Below, in pieces: positions 47,523 to 57,162 of a DNA stretch of 64,000 nucleotides. The stretch is from Nitrospinaceae bacterium (GTDB taxonomy: Bacteria > Nitrospinota > Nitrospinia > Nitrospinales > Nitrospinaceae), in contig OZ245011.1 of the NCBI GenBank assembly GCA_965223665.1, forward strand, positions 4,000,001 to 4,064,000, written 5' to 3'. Under the pieces are notes generated by a model. It was not told the DNA's origin and did no database searches. It saw only the letters and a list, made by a program, of their open reading frames with translations. A program made the translations under genes and the position numbers. Every line of letters starts with the position of its first letter. Position 1 is the first letter of the stretch.

Positions 47523-48341
47523 TTAAGTTCCCATATTTCTTAATTGAACATTGGTGTCTAAAGTAACGTGAGCATGGGCCACTTGAGGATCGTCCAAATC
47601 CATAGTCATGACTACTCGGCGTAAGTTTCCACGATCCGTGGCGCTTAAGGTGGCAGGTGTCCCGGTAGGAATGAGTTGATTTCCATTTACATCATAATAA
47701 GTGAATTGAAAATTCGAAACATTTCCGATTACAGTGGTCCCATTTTTTGTAATAAGATCATTAGCTGCATCATAATTATAAGTTACGGTGCTATAAGAAT
47801 GAACTACCACTCCGTGTTCAGGGTCGTAATCATTATTTATACATGGAGAGGCCAGGCTAATGGTATTTCCAGATGGAGTCCCATCAATAACACATGTTTC
47901 CCAATTGGTTAGATCCAGCATTTCTGAAATAGTGACAGTCTGGCCATCACTGAACCCGGTGACATCCTCAACAGTTATGGATGTATCTATACCACCTGAG
48001 GCGTTGGATGCCAGCATAGTGTGAACATCACTTAAATTCGCCTGAAAGGAAATGGAAGTTGGAGTCGCATTGGTGACACCTACTGCAGCTCTACCTGATT
48101 CAGAGCTACCGGGAGGGAATCCGTAACCTGCTTCCATGAGGCCGTCTGTCAGGTCGTCCAAAGCAACCCTTGCCAGGCTTCGTAAATGTGTGTTGGCAGT
48201 TTCCTTGCGCATGGTTTTTTCCTGGGTGTTGAAGGTATAAATTCCTGCGCCAAAGATAATGGTGGAAATTGCCATTACAATAATAAGTTCAGTTAATGTA
48301 AATCCTTTTTCGTTTGTTATTAGCTTAGTTTGCATATTCAA
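47523..48341 (-). CDS. pilW: Type IV pilus minor pilin PilW-like protein
   Basis: Prepilin motif KGFTLTELII; C-terminal VQLRN. Confidence 0.8.
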   Translation of the reverse strand: MNMQTKLITNEKGFTLTELIIVMAISTIIFGAGIYTFNTQEKTMRKETANTHLRSLARVALDDLTDGLMEAGYGFPPGSSESGRAAVGVTNATPTSISFQANLSDVHTMLASNASGGIDTSITVEDVTGFSDGQTVTISEMLDLTNWETCVIDGTPSGNTISLASPCINNDYDPEHGVVVHSYSTVTYNYDAANDLITKNGTTVIGNVSNFQFTYYDVNGNQLIPTGTPATLSATDRGNLRRVVMTMDLDDPQVAHAHVTLDTNVQLRNMGT

Positions 48342-48728
48342 TTAGTCCATTAATGTCGTTAAACTTACGCTGTTATTTCCTCCTGTATCTGGCCAGGAGA
48401 CAGTGACAGTAACTACATCGGGGTTGGGGGCAATATTGATTACTGTAGTTCTAGTATAAATATCAAAATCTCCCGTTAAGTTTTCAACAGTAGTGCCATT
48501 GGTTAAGTCATTTGTTGAAGGTAAAGATTGCGCCCTTAAATCTTCGATTTTTTGCTGGGCTAATGCTGTTGCAGTGGTTCGTTTTTGATTTTTTCCATTT
48601 TTATTTACAATATTCCCAGTGAATGAGGCCATACTGATTAAACCAAAAACCAAAATTGAAGCGGCTATTAACAATTCGGGCATTGTGAACCCTGAAGTAT
48701 CTTTTAATATTTTCTTTCTAAAAAGCAT
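48342..48728 (-). CDS. pilV: Type IV pilus minor pilin PilV-like protein
   Basis: SGFTMPELLIA, ALAQQKIEDLR, VTVTVSW. Confidence 0.8.
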   Translation of the reverse strand: MLFRKKILKDTSGFTMPELLIAASILVFGLISMASFTGNIVNKNGKNQKRTTATALAQQKIEDLRAQSLPSTNDLTNGTTVENLTGDFDIYTRTTVINIAPNPDVVTVTVSWPDTGGNNSVSLTTLMD

Positions 48729-48834
48729 ATCCAACCTACTAGTTAAAAATTTTTATTTGGTGTTTCACTATTAGTTTAAAAGTATTCAACCAAACCCCTA
48801 TATTTTTTTTAGCATTGAATGCCTAAGCAAGATA

Positions 48835-48851
48835 AGCAAGTTGCAGGCCAA
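48835..48851 (-). promoter_or_regulatory. Sigma54 (-24/-12) promoter of the pilVWX operon
   Basis: Minus strand TTGGCCTGCAACTTGCT, with GG-N10-GC spacing. Confidence 0.7.
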
Positions 48852-48969
48852 AAATTTGATTTACCGGGTGAATGAAAATCAATCAAAACCGTAATACCAA
48901 GTGTTTTGAAATATTTTCACAGGAAGGTAATTTTATAAAACTTATTTGGATAATTTGATACCCACTTAG

Positions 48970-49020
48970 AGTGACTTACATTTGTCACTTATTTGAGGTA
49001 AAAAGTGACAATATTTGTAA
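48970..49020. promoter_or_regulatory. Probable enhancer-binding protein (PilR-like) sites
   Basis: AGTGAC-N8-GTCACT palindrome plus a degenerate copy GTGACAATATTTGTAA, about 120-170 bp upstream of the sigma54 site. Confidence 0.55.
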
Positions 49021-49068
49021 TTTTTTTTAAGAACCTTACGGGAGGACTAATTTAAGATACTTAATCAT

Positions 49069-49593
49069 TTATTTCAGGTCAGGGTTGATGGGAACAACCT
49101 GAGAGTTTACGAATTTCTCATCTTTTAATTTTTCAAGAGCTTGATATATAGGGTCTAAACCTTTCGATACGGTACCTTCTATGTGGATATAATAATTTTT
49201 TGAATTATTCTCATTTCCTAAATTGGAATCGAGCTGAATAATATTTAAACCCGCCTCAGCCAATGCAGTGGTTACATCTTCAACTATTCCTAACCGGTCA
49301 TTGGCATAAACGCTAATTCGAACATCGGGTTGAATATGGTGTTCCATGCTGCCGGAAACGGAATCCAAATGGAAATGCAAATCTAAGCTTTTGGCAATAT
49401 TTTTAGCAATAGATTGGATTTTTTCTTGATCCTCCTCTAAATAAACCATAACCATGATACAAAAATTTTCTCCTAATCTTGCCATGGTGGAATCTCCCAA
49501 GTTGCAACCTGCTTTACATAGAGAAGCGCTGACCTGAGCTACAATTCCAGGTCGATCTTTTCCAACCAAAGAAAGAAGATACCAATTTTCCAT
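49069..49593 (-). CDS. Tandem ACT-domain protein (GcvR-like)
   Basis: GKDRPGIVA and ANDRLGIV ACT motifs. Confidence 0.85.
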   Translation of the reverse strand: MENWYLLSLVGKDRPGIVAQVSASLCKAGCNLGDSTMARLGENFCIMVMVYLEEDQEKIQSIAKNIAKSLDLHFHLDSVSGSMEHHIQPDVRISVYANDRLGIVEDVTTALAEAGLNIIQLDSNLGNENNSKNYYIHIEGTVSKGLDPIYQALEKLKDEKFVNSQVVPINPDLK

Positions 49594-49713
49594 AAGTGTT
49601 CCTTTTTTAGAAGAGATGTAAGAAATTAATTCCCATTCAATATAAGATTTTCAAAGAATGCTTTCAACATTAATAAATAGATAGAATGAAGAAAAATCAG
49701 GGAAGGACTTAGC

Positions 49714-50388
49714 TTATGAATTCCGGATGCTTTTATATTTTTGAGTTCTATAAACTAAAAAACGACGTATTAGAAAGGGACCAGAAAAAGTCAATATTAA
49801 AACGGGACCAAAGTGAAATATAAGAGCATGCCATGGGTCGTACATACAAGCGATTTGCATAATAACCGCTGGAACCATACCGGCGGAAAATCCATATAGA
49901 TAGTTTTCCCATCCACCTGTTTTTAATAATCCATGACGGGACAAGAAGACAAGTCCTGTTAACCAGCCTCCCCCATAAATCAGAATTTCTACATCACAAA
50001 AAGCTCTAGCTCCTTCCGGAGAGGATTCCGGAGAAATTAGAAAGAAACCAATCACCAGGGCAATTAAGAAAGTTGCTGAGGATACCTGGCTTGAGAATCT
50101 TAAAGGAGAAGAGATTGTTTCTCCTGGGATTAGCTTTTTAAAAGCAATATACAAAGCCAAAAAGCTTAGCAGAATTCCTGATAAGAGTTCTATTTTAAAA
50201 CGGGTGAATTCCAAAATCTGAGATTGAAAATGGGGTCGAAACTCTTGTAGTCCCCAAGTCAAAAGACCGACCGAAAATAACATAATGAGAAACCACACTA
50301 TCGTTCGAATCAATGGGGATGCATAGGGAGTCTGTGGTTTTAAATCAGATACCAATTGATCAATAAACTGATTTCGATGGTTCGCCAA
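49714..50388 (-). CDS. nrsF: NrsF-like (DUF1109) membrane anti-sigma factor
   Basis: IDQLVSDLKP start, about 6 TM helices, two Cys, MQIAC.YDP.H...FH; directly downstream of the ECF sigma gene. Confidence 0.8.
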   Translation of the reverse strand: MANHRNQFIDQLVSDLKPQTPYASPLIRTIVWFLIMLFSVGLLTWGLQEFRPHFQSQILEFTRFKIELLSGILLSFLALYIAFKKLIPGETISSPLRFSSQVSSATFLIALVIGFFLISPESSPEGARAFCDVEILIYGGGWLTGLVFLSRHGLLKTGGWENYLYGFSAGMVPAVIMQIACMYDPWHALIFHFGPVLILTFSGPFLIRRFLVYRTQKYKSIRNS

Positions 50389-50390
50389 TT

Positions 50391-50960
50391 TTATTTCTCC
50401 ATACTTTCAAAAACCATTTTACGTAATTGTTCATAAGCCCGGGAAACTCTTTTTCTCATGGCAGATTCACTAATTCCTTCCTCCATTGAAGCCTCCGAGT
50501 AAGTTAATCCTTTATACTTTGTTAGATGGATTGCCCTTTGAAGAGGTATTGGCAGTTGATTGGTCATTGACTTCAAAGATTCCTTTTTTTCCTGATCTAT
50601 AGAATTATTCGCAGAGGACCCCAAGTTTGTGACAGGATGATCCGATTCAAAAATCTCCACCTCATTTCTTTTCTTTAATTGTCTAAAGTGATCAGCAATT
50701 TTATGTTGAACAATCCCATTTATCCAGGGAATAAGAGGTTTTTCTGGGTGATAGGTGGCAAGAGAATGGTGGATGCCTATTAAGCACTCTTGTGTAATAT
50801 CATCACAATCAACCCAAGCACCTAATTTGCTTTGAATCTTACTATGAATAAAGGGATACAGCTCCAAAAGCAATTCCCGATAGGCCTCTTTTTCTCCTTT
50901 TTGGGCCTTTAAAAGTAAGACCCTCCAATGATTTTGTATTCCACTTTTGGAATTACGCAT
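50391..50960 (-). CDS. ECF RNA polymerase sigma factor (SigF/ECF16-like)
   Basis: DDITQECLI, W...I..HK.AD, GLTYSEAS...SESAMRKRVSRA. Confidence 0.9.
   Translation of the reverse strand: MRNSKSGIQNHWRVLLLKAQKGEKEAYRELLLELYPFIHSKIQSKLGAWVDCDDITQECLIGIHHSLATYHPEKPLIPWINGIVQHKIADHFRQLKKRNEVEIFESDHPVTNLGSSANNSIDQEKKESLKSMTNQLPIPLQRAIHLTKYKGLTYSEASMEEGISESAMRKRVSRAYEQLRKMVFESMEK
50606..50633 (-). promoter_or_regulatory. Candidate ECF promoter inside the sigma gene, oriented towards nrsF
   Basis: Minus strand GTCACA-N16-CGAATA, with the same boxes as the site upstream of the spondin gene. Confidence 0.55.
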
Positions 50961-51027
50961 GGTCTTATTTTAGTCCAAATTCAATAGAAGAAAAAAAAGA
51001 AAATTTCTAAATTTTATTGATTTTTCA

Positions 51028-51054
51028 GTCACAAAACCTAATGAATTGCGAATA
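51028..51054 (+). promoter_or_regulatory. Candidate ECF16-type promoter for the spondin gene
   Basis: GTCACA-N15-CGAATA, 45 nt upstream of the ATG; resembles the GTAAC..CGAA SigF/EcfF consensus. Confidence 0.65.
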
Positions 51055-51099
51055 CCACTTGTAAATTTCGTTAAGATTATTTTTTTGGAGGCTTTCTCT

Positions 51100-51747
51100 A
51101 TGAGAAAATTATTACTAATTGCTTTGAGTATTGTTTTAGGAAGTACCTCGGCATTTGCTGATAATTTAAATACCTATAAGGTAGTTATCACCAACTTGAC
51201 AAAAGGTCAACCACTCACTCCTCCGGTCGTAGTAGTTCATAACAGAAACTTTGCTCTTTTCCGAACCGGGCAACCCAGCACACCCGGACTTCATGTCTTG
51301 GCAAAAGATGGAGCAACAAAACCATTAGTTGAGGAATTAGAACTTTCTGAGGGAGTCAAGTATATAAATGAAGGCACCGGAATTACCTTCCCAGGAGAGT
51401 CTATTCCTATAGAGATTTCAGGAAGGAAAAGAGACTATCTTTCTTTGGTGGGAATGCTGGCTCGAACTAACGATGCTATTGTAGCATCACGATGGATTTC
51501 ATTAAATTTGAAAAAGGGGCAGAAGAAAATAGTTAATCTTTTTGTATACGATGCGGGAGCAGAAGAAAATAATGAGTCTTGTGATTATATTCCGGCGCCA
51601 CCTTGTAACAATGCGTTTAAAGATACAGAAAATGATGAAGGGTTTGTGCATTATCATCCAGCATTACATTTTCAAGGCGACCTGGATCCCCTTAGAGATG
51701 CTTTTGGGTTTATCGGAGCAAAAGTTGTTGTGCAAAGAATAGAATAA
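51100..51747 (+). CDS. Exported Spondin_N-domain protein
   Basis: Signal peptide, ITNLTKGQPLTP...VH, ML..TND, YDAGAE.N.E. ATG follows GGAGG. Confidence 0.85.
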   Translation: MRKLLLIALSIVLGSTSAFADNLNTYKVVITNLTKGQPLTPPVVVVHNRNFALFRTGQPSTPGLHVLAKDGATKPLVEELELSEGVKYINEGTGITFPGESIPIEISGRKRDYLSLVGMLARTNDAIVASRWISLNLKKGQKKIVNLFVYDAGAEENNESCDYIPAPPCNNAFKDTENDEGFVHYHPALHFQGDLDPLRDAFGFIGAKVVVQRIE

Positions 51748-52098
51748 ACTTAAAAAAAATAGCGGGAGGGTCTATTTTTCATGAATAAAGTCAATTATTT
51801 GAAATATGGTTTTACTTGAAAATATTGAAATCAACGCAATTTATTCAAAGTAAAGAAATTATAATATGTAAACCAATCTAGTAGGTTTCACTAAACCTTC
51901 CACATAAAAGATAATTCCTTTCGAATTTTAAATCTTAAATAAGGGGATAATAATCCATTTGTTGGATTTGGAATACCTAATTAATCCCACTTTGGTAGGA
52001 AAAGATAAATTTCAAATTTTTGATAAGTTTTTTTCTAAGGTTTTGCACCATAATTAGGGGTACCATGCTATAATTTTCCTACTTTTTTTAGGGGGGGC

Positions 52099-52686
52099 AT
52101 GGGACGTCCAATAGAATTTAATAGAGAGAACGCAATCCAATGTGCTATGAAAGTATTTTGGGTTCAGGGCTATGAAAAGACTTCATTGACCGATTTGATT
52201 CAGGAAATGGGGTTATCAAAAAGCAGCTTTTACCAATCTTTTGGGTCTAAAAGAGGGTTATTTAAGTTATGTTTAGACAAATATAAAGGAGATTTCATAA
52301 AAAAAGCAAGTCGAATCTTAGACAAATCTCCTTCTGGAAAAGTTTTTATAAACACTTTTTTTAAAGAATTGATTGATAAACCCTCCAATCATATTGCCAA
52401 CCGAGGCTGTTTCATTGTTAATACCGCTATAGAATTTAAGAAAAAAGATAAAAATATTGCAATCTTTGTCAATCAATCGATGAAGGAACTGCAGGGTGTT
52501 TTTCAAAAGGCTATAGATGAGTCAAAGCAAAAGGGTGAACTACCCCAGTTTCCTAAATCAAATATTTTGGCAGGAAAATTGGTGATGATTTTTTTTGGTT
52601 CCAAAATAATGTTTAGAGTTGGAATGGAAAGAAGCTTGATAAGAAAAATAGTGTTTTATTCAATAGAGAATTTATTTGTTGCTTGA
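52099..52686 (+). CDS. TetR/AcrR family transcriptional regulator
   Basis: MGRP.EF, FW..GYEKTS..DL, SKSSFYQSFGSK, GCFIVN. Confidence 0.92.
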   Translation: MGRPIEFNRENAIQCAMKVFWVQGYEKTSLTDLIQEMGLSKSSFYQSFGSKRGLFKLCLDKYKGDFIKKASRILDKSPSGKVFINTFFKELIDKPSNHIANRGCFIVNTAIEFKKKDKNIAIFVNQSMKELQGVFQKAIDESKQKGELPQFPKSNILAGKLVMIFFGSKIMFRVGMERSLIRKIVFYSIENLFVA

Positions 52687-53136
52687 ATAATAATATATAG
52701 AGTTTAAAAATTCCTTAAATTTGTAACCTCCATTTAGGTTCGCCCCAGTATCAAGAGTTATCAAAGTCGAAAAAAATAAAGTTAATTTCTAATATAAACT
52801 GTATTCATTTGACCTCCTCCGAAGTTCCCTCCTTCCTTTCATTATTGGGTCTATTTAGATTTCCTTCTTTTCATACCCACTAATTAAAATCGTTCATCCA
52901 ATAATAATTTACCAATTAAAAAAATCAGTTGGAATGAATTTTATTACTGTTATTTGTGTGTTTTGTCAATCAATTAGCTCTCTTAATAACCTTAAAGTTT
53001 GATATAATTTCACCAAATCCATTTCTGGTTTAAGTAGGAATTTTATGTAGGGGATGAGGAGGTATTTTTTTTGTTAGGGCTTCCTGAATCTTATCTGCAA
53101 ATCCAATTATAAAAATTTACTGTAAGAAATCTTTTC

Positions 53137-54984
53137 ATGTCTTTTCGTACCGCACTTGTAAATATGCCCTTTGGGTTTCATATTTATCCTTCTATCCAAT
53201 TAGGGACGTTATCAACTTTACTCAAGACCCATAACTTTGAAGTTAAAAGTTATTATTTGAATTTGCACTTTGCCCATCAATTAGGGATGCCAATATATAA
53301 TGAACTTTGTGAAAAACGGCACTTAATAGGGGAATGGTTATTTTCAGAAATATTATTTGGAGATTCTCTCAAAAACCAAGCCTACTTAAAGCATTTTGAA
53401 TCGCATATTCAAGAAGTTTGTCAATCAATCCAGCAGCCTAAAGAATTTCTACTAAACGTTAAAAAGCAAATGGTTCCTGAATTTTTGCATTGGGCAGTTG
53501 AATCTATTCCATGGGGGGATTATTCGGTAATTGGTTTTACTTCTACCTTTAATCAAAATTTAGCAAGTGTCACTTTAGCCAAATGGATTAAAGAAAAATA
53601 TCCCAATGTGAAAATTTTGTTTGGCGGGTCCAATTTTGACTCTGAAATGGGTTTAGAATATTTTCGTGTATTTGATTGGATTGACTTTGTTGTCATGGGA
53701 GAAGCTGAGCCAGTATTACCGCAGTTAATGTCAGCCATAAAAAATGAGGATGAAATACCTGATGGAGTGATTTATAGACAGGGAAACGAAATTCTACACC
53801 GAGAAAACACAAATATGTTCCAAAGCTTTGAGGAGTATGGGCCACCTGATTATGATGACTATTTCGAACAGTTGCAAAACATTGATCCTGAATCACCATT
53901 ACTAGAAAACCCTGTGGTGTTATATGAAACGGCCAGAGGTTGTTGGTGGGGAGAAAAGCATCACTGTACTTTCTGTGGGCTCAATGCTTCCACAATGAAA
54001 TTTCGATCTCGTCCAGTGAAGCAGGTGATTTCCGAAATCTCAGAAATGTCTAAGCGTTACGACACATTCCGATTTCGCTTAGTAGATAATATTTTGGAGA
54101 TGAAATACATTGACGGAATTTTTGCGGAATTTGCAAAAGAGAATTATGATTTACAGTTTTTTATTGAAGTGAAGAGTAACCTTCACAAAAACCAAATAAA
54201 GACCTTGGCTTTAGGGGGTGTAAATGTCATTCAGCCTGGAATTGAAAGTTTTAGTGTCAACCAATTGAATGACATGGATAAGGGCGTTCGGCCTTTACAA
54301 AATATATTATTTCTTAAATGGGCTCTCTATTATGGCATTGATGTAACTTGGAATATATTAACCGGTTTCCCTGGAGAAATTGATGGGGATTATCGGAATC
54401 AAATTGAAATTCTTAAGTCGTTATTTCATTTGCAGCCACCGATTGGGGTGGGGGACCTTTGGCTGGAACGTTTCAGCCCATATTTTTCAAGACCCGAAGA
54501 ATATGGAGTTACAATCACTGGTGCTAGTGATGCTTATTCTTACGTTTATGATGCTTCAAAAGTTGATTTAATGAAAATTGCCTATGACTTCGAGTACACC
54601 ACTGAAAATCGCCTGAATCCGAATTTGACGGAAGAACTTAGGCAAATTGTATCCAATTGGAAGCATCGGCATCAATCCGATCAGATTCCATTTTTATTTT
54701 TTACCAAGTCTTTAAATTTTGTAACAGTTTATGATGGTCGCGATGCAAAGGAATCCTTCAAAATGCGATTTGAAGGTCCTTCAGCCTGGATTATCTTATT
54801 TTGTAACGAAAAGCCAAAAACCTTAGAGCAAATTCATTTGATGGTGGCTGAAAAGGAATCTAAATCTGAGGTTCAAATTGAATCGATCCAAACCATTTTA
54901 AAGGATCTTGAAGCTAAACGGATTTTATTTTCAGAACGTGGCAAATATTTAACTCTCGCCATTCCCCATAATTCTCACCTTTAA
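53137..54984 (+). CDS. RiPP maturation radical SAM C-methyltransferase-like protein (TIGR03975 type)
   Basis: VNMPF..PSIQLGTL, GEWLF, GFTSTF.Q, RGCWWGEKHHCTFCGLN, IQPGIES, WNILTGFPGE, ERFSPYF. Confidence 0.88.
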   Translation: MSFRTALVNMPFGFHIYPSIQLGTLSTLLKTHNFEVKSYYLNLHFAHQLGMPIYNELCEKRHLIGEWLFSEILFGDSLKNQAYLKHFESHIQEVCQSIQQPKEFLLNVKKQMVPEFLHWAVESIPWGDYSVIGFTSTFNQNLASVTLAKWIKEKYPNVKILFGGSNFDSEMGLEYFRVFDWIDFVVMGEAEPVLPQLMSAIKNEDEIPDGVIYRQGNEILHRENTNMFQSFEEYGPPDYDDYFEQLQNIDPESPLLENPVVLYETARGCWWGEKHHCTFCGLNASTMKFRSRPVKQVISEISEMSKRYDTFRFRLVDNILEMKYIDGIFAEFAKENYDLQFFIEVKSNLHKNQIKTLALGGVNVIQPGIESFSVNQLNDMDKGVRPLQNILFLKWALYYGIDVTWNILTGFPGEIDGDYRNQIEILKSLFHLQPPIGVGDLWLERFSPYFSRPEEYGVTITGASDAYSYVYDASKVDLMKIAYDFEYTTENRLNPNLTEELRQIVSNWKHRHQSDQIPFLFFTKSLNFVTVYDGRDAKESFKMRFEGPSAWIILFCNEKPKTLEQIHLMVAEKESKSEVQIESIQTILKDLEAKRILFSERGKYLTLAIPHNSHL

Positions 54985-55374
54985 CATTTTTTCTTTGACT
55001 TACTCCAAATTATTTCTGTTTCACATTTTGAATTTGTGGAATAGAAAAAAATTGAAGCCTTCACCTACAAGTTTGGTATCCATTGGATTATTTTTAGCTC
55101 AACAAAAATAAGTCATAGTTCTAGTTTACTAGAACATCAAGTCCTGGTTTTAAAGACCTCTAATAAACCAATAAAACTAAATTATTCGCGCACTTTATTT
55201 TGAGTGGTCAGGTGTGTATAATAAACTAGGATTTTTTTAAGCATATCCTCCAGTCAAAAGAAGTTCTGTAAATTTTCCTTTTCAACAAGTCAACAATTCC
55301 TTTTGCATGTTTTATAAAGATAAGTTTTGCTGAAATTATAAGTATTTAATCTTTGAACTGTCTTTATTAATTTA

Positions 55375-57111
55375 TTGATTCGAATCCAAAGTAAAATGTC
55401 TAATCGATATTTATTTAAGTTTCAGAAAAAGATCCTCCCTAAATCAGCCTTTTTCATTTTTATTTACTTTATTTTATTTTCCACAGTCGAGACTGTTCAA
55501 GCGCAACAGCTTCCGAAACCCGGTCAGACGGAACGGATGGATAGACGGTTTCAAAAACCACTGACTCCTAAATCTAAACTTGAAGATTTACCGCTTGCAC
55601 CAAAAGAGCCTCAAGTGCCGACTAAAATGAAAAAAATCAAATTTGTTTTAAGAGGAGTGGTCGTGGAAGGTTCTACTGTTTATAAGGATGGAGAACTTTC
55701 ACATCTTTACAAAGAATTTTTGGATAAAGAAATTACCCTTGCAAGAGTTTATTCAATTGCGGAAGCCATTTCAGTTAAATATAGAAATGAGGGATATCTA
55801 ATAACCAGAGCATTGGTTCCAGCACAACGGATTACTGATGGAGTTGTGAAAATTGTAGTCATTGAAGGTTTTATCAATGAATTAGATATCCAGGGAGAAT
55901 TGGGCGGTTCAGAAGAAAAAATTCGAGCCTATGGAGAAAAAATAGTTAACGTTCGCCCTTTACATAATAAAACTTTAGAACGCTATTTGTTGTTGATAAA
56001 TGATCTTCCCGGAGTTTCTGTTGAGTCTGTATTAACCCCTTCTAAAGATATCCATGGTGCATCAAAACTTACATTAATAATGGATCATAAACCCTTTGAT
56101 GGGTTTGTCAGTTTAGACAATCGTGGTTCACGTTTTAGCGGCCCTTTTCAATTTTCTATTGGAGGAAGTGCTAATTCTTTTTTAGGACTTTATGAAAGAA
56201 CCAGCCTAAACTTTATTACAGCTACCCAACCAAAAGAATTGATTTATTTTAGTGGCCAACATGAACAACAAATTGGGTCCGAAGGGACCAAGGTGGCTAT
56301 ATTTGGTAGTCTCAGTTTCACTGAGCCGGGCCATACACTGGCTCCATTAAATGTGGAAGGAGATAGCTCTACATTTTCTGTATCTCTTTGGCAACCCTTC
56401 ATCCGATCTCGAAGACAGAATTTTTCAGGAGGGTTAACTTTTTCTCATAAAAATTTTCAGACTGATATTTTGGGTACCTTAGTAACTAAAGATAGATTAC
56501 GGGTATTAACGTTTGAGGTGACTTTTGATCAAGCAGACAGGTTCCAGGGAATTACCTTGATGAATTTTCAATTCAATCAAGGAATAAATATTTTTGATGC
56601 TACAGAGCCTGGTTCTCCCAACCTTTCACGTGCAGACGGAAAAAGCGATTTTTCAAAAATCTTGATTAATATCTGGAGATTACAGCAATTGGTTTCTGGC
56701 TGGAGTTTTTTTACAGAGGCAGAAGCTCAATGGGCTTTTAGCTCTTTACTTTCTGCTGAAGAATTTGCTTTTGGGGGACCCCGCTTTGGAAGAGGTTATG
56801 ATCCTTCCGAAATTACGGGGGATCATGGAATAGCTTTTAAAACTGAATTGCAATATTCAAAAAACTTAACCTATAAATATTTAAAATTTGTACAAGTTTA
56901 TACATTCTTCGATTTTGGTTCTGTTTGGCAAAAGGGGCAGTTCACAGGCCCTTCCAAACGCCAATCCTTAGCTTCAGCGGGTACAGGCATTCGAATGAAT
57001 TTCACACAGTGGCTTTCCGGATATTTAGAAATTGCCAAACCTTTTGACCCTGTTATTGCCGAAGGGGATCAGAATATTAGATTATTTGGTAGCCTAAAAG
57101 CGGTTTTTTAA
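55375..57111 (+). CDS. ShlB/FhaC/HecB (TpsB) two-partner secretion outer-membrane transporter
   Basis: POTRA domains (Y..EGY....VPAQ.I..G, LERYLLLINDLPG), DNRG, FGRGYDP, F.DFG.VW, C-terminal F. Confidence 0.9.
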   Translation: MIRIQSKMSNRYLFKFQKKILPKSAFFIFIYFILFSTVETVQAQQLPKPGQTERMDRRFQKPLTPKSKLEDLPLAPKEPQVPTKMKKIKFVLRGVVVEGSTVYKDGELSHLYKEFLDKEITLARVYSIAEAISVKYRNEGYLITRALVPAQRITDGVVKIVVIEGFINELDIQGELGGSEEKIRAYGEKIVNVRPLHNKTLERYLLLINDLPGVSVESVLTPSKDIHGASKLTLIMDHKPFDGFVSLDNRGSRFSGPFQFSIGGSANSFLGLYERTSLNFITATQPKELIYFSGQHEQQIGSEGTKVAIFGSLSFTEPGHTLAPLNVEGDSSTFSVSLWQPFIRSRRQNFSGGLTFSHKNFQTDILGTLVTKDRLRVLTFEVTFDQADRFQGITLMNFQFNQGINIFDATEPGSPNLSRADGKSDFSKILINIWRLQQLVSGWSFFTEAEAQWAFSSLLSAEEFAFGGPRFGRGYDPSEITGDHGIAFKTELQYSKNLTYKYLKFVQVYTFFDFGSVWQKGQFTGPSKRQSLASAGTGIRMNFTQWLSGYLEIAKPFDPVIAEGDQNIRLFGSLKAVF

Positions 57112-57162
57112 GAAAAATTTTGACAGATATAAATATAATTAAAGGTTTATATTTAAAATTTC

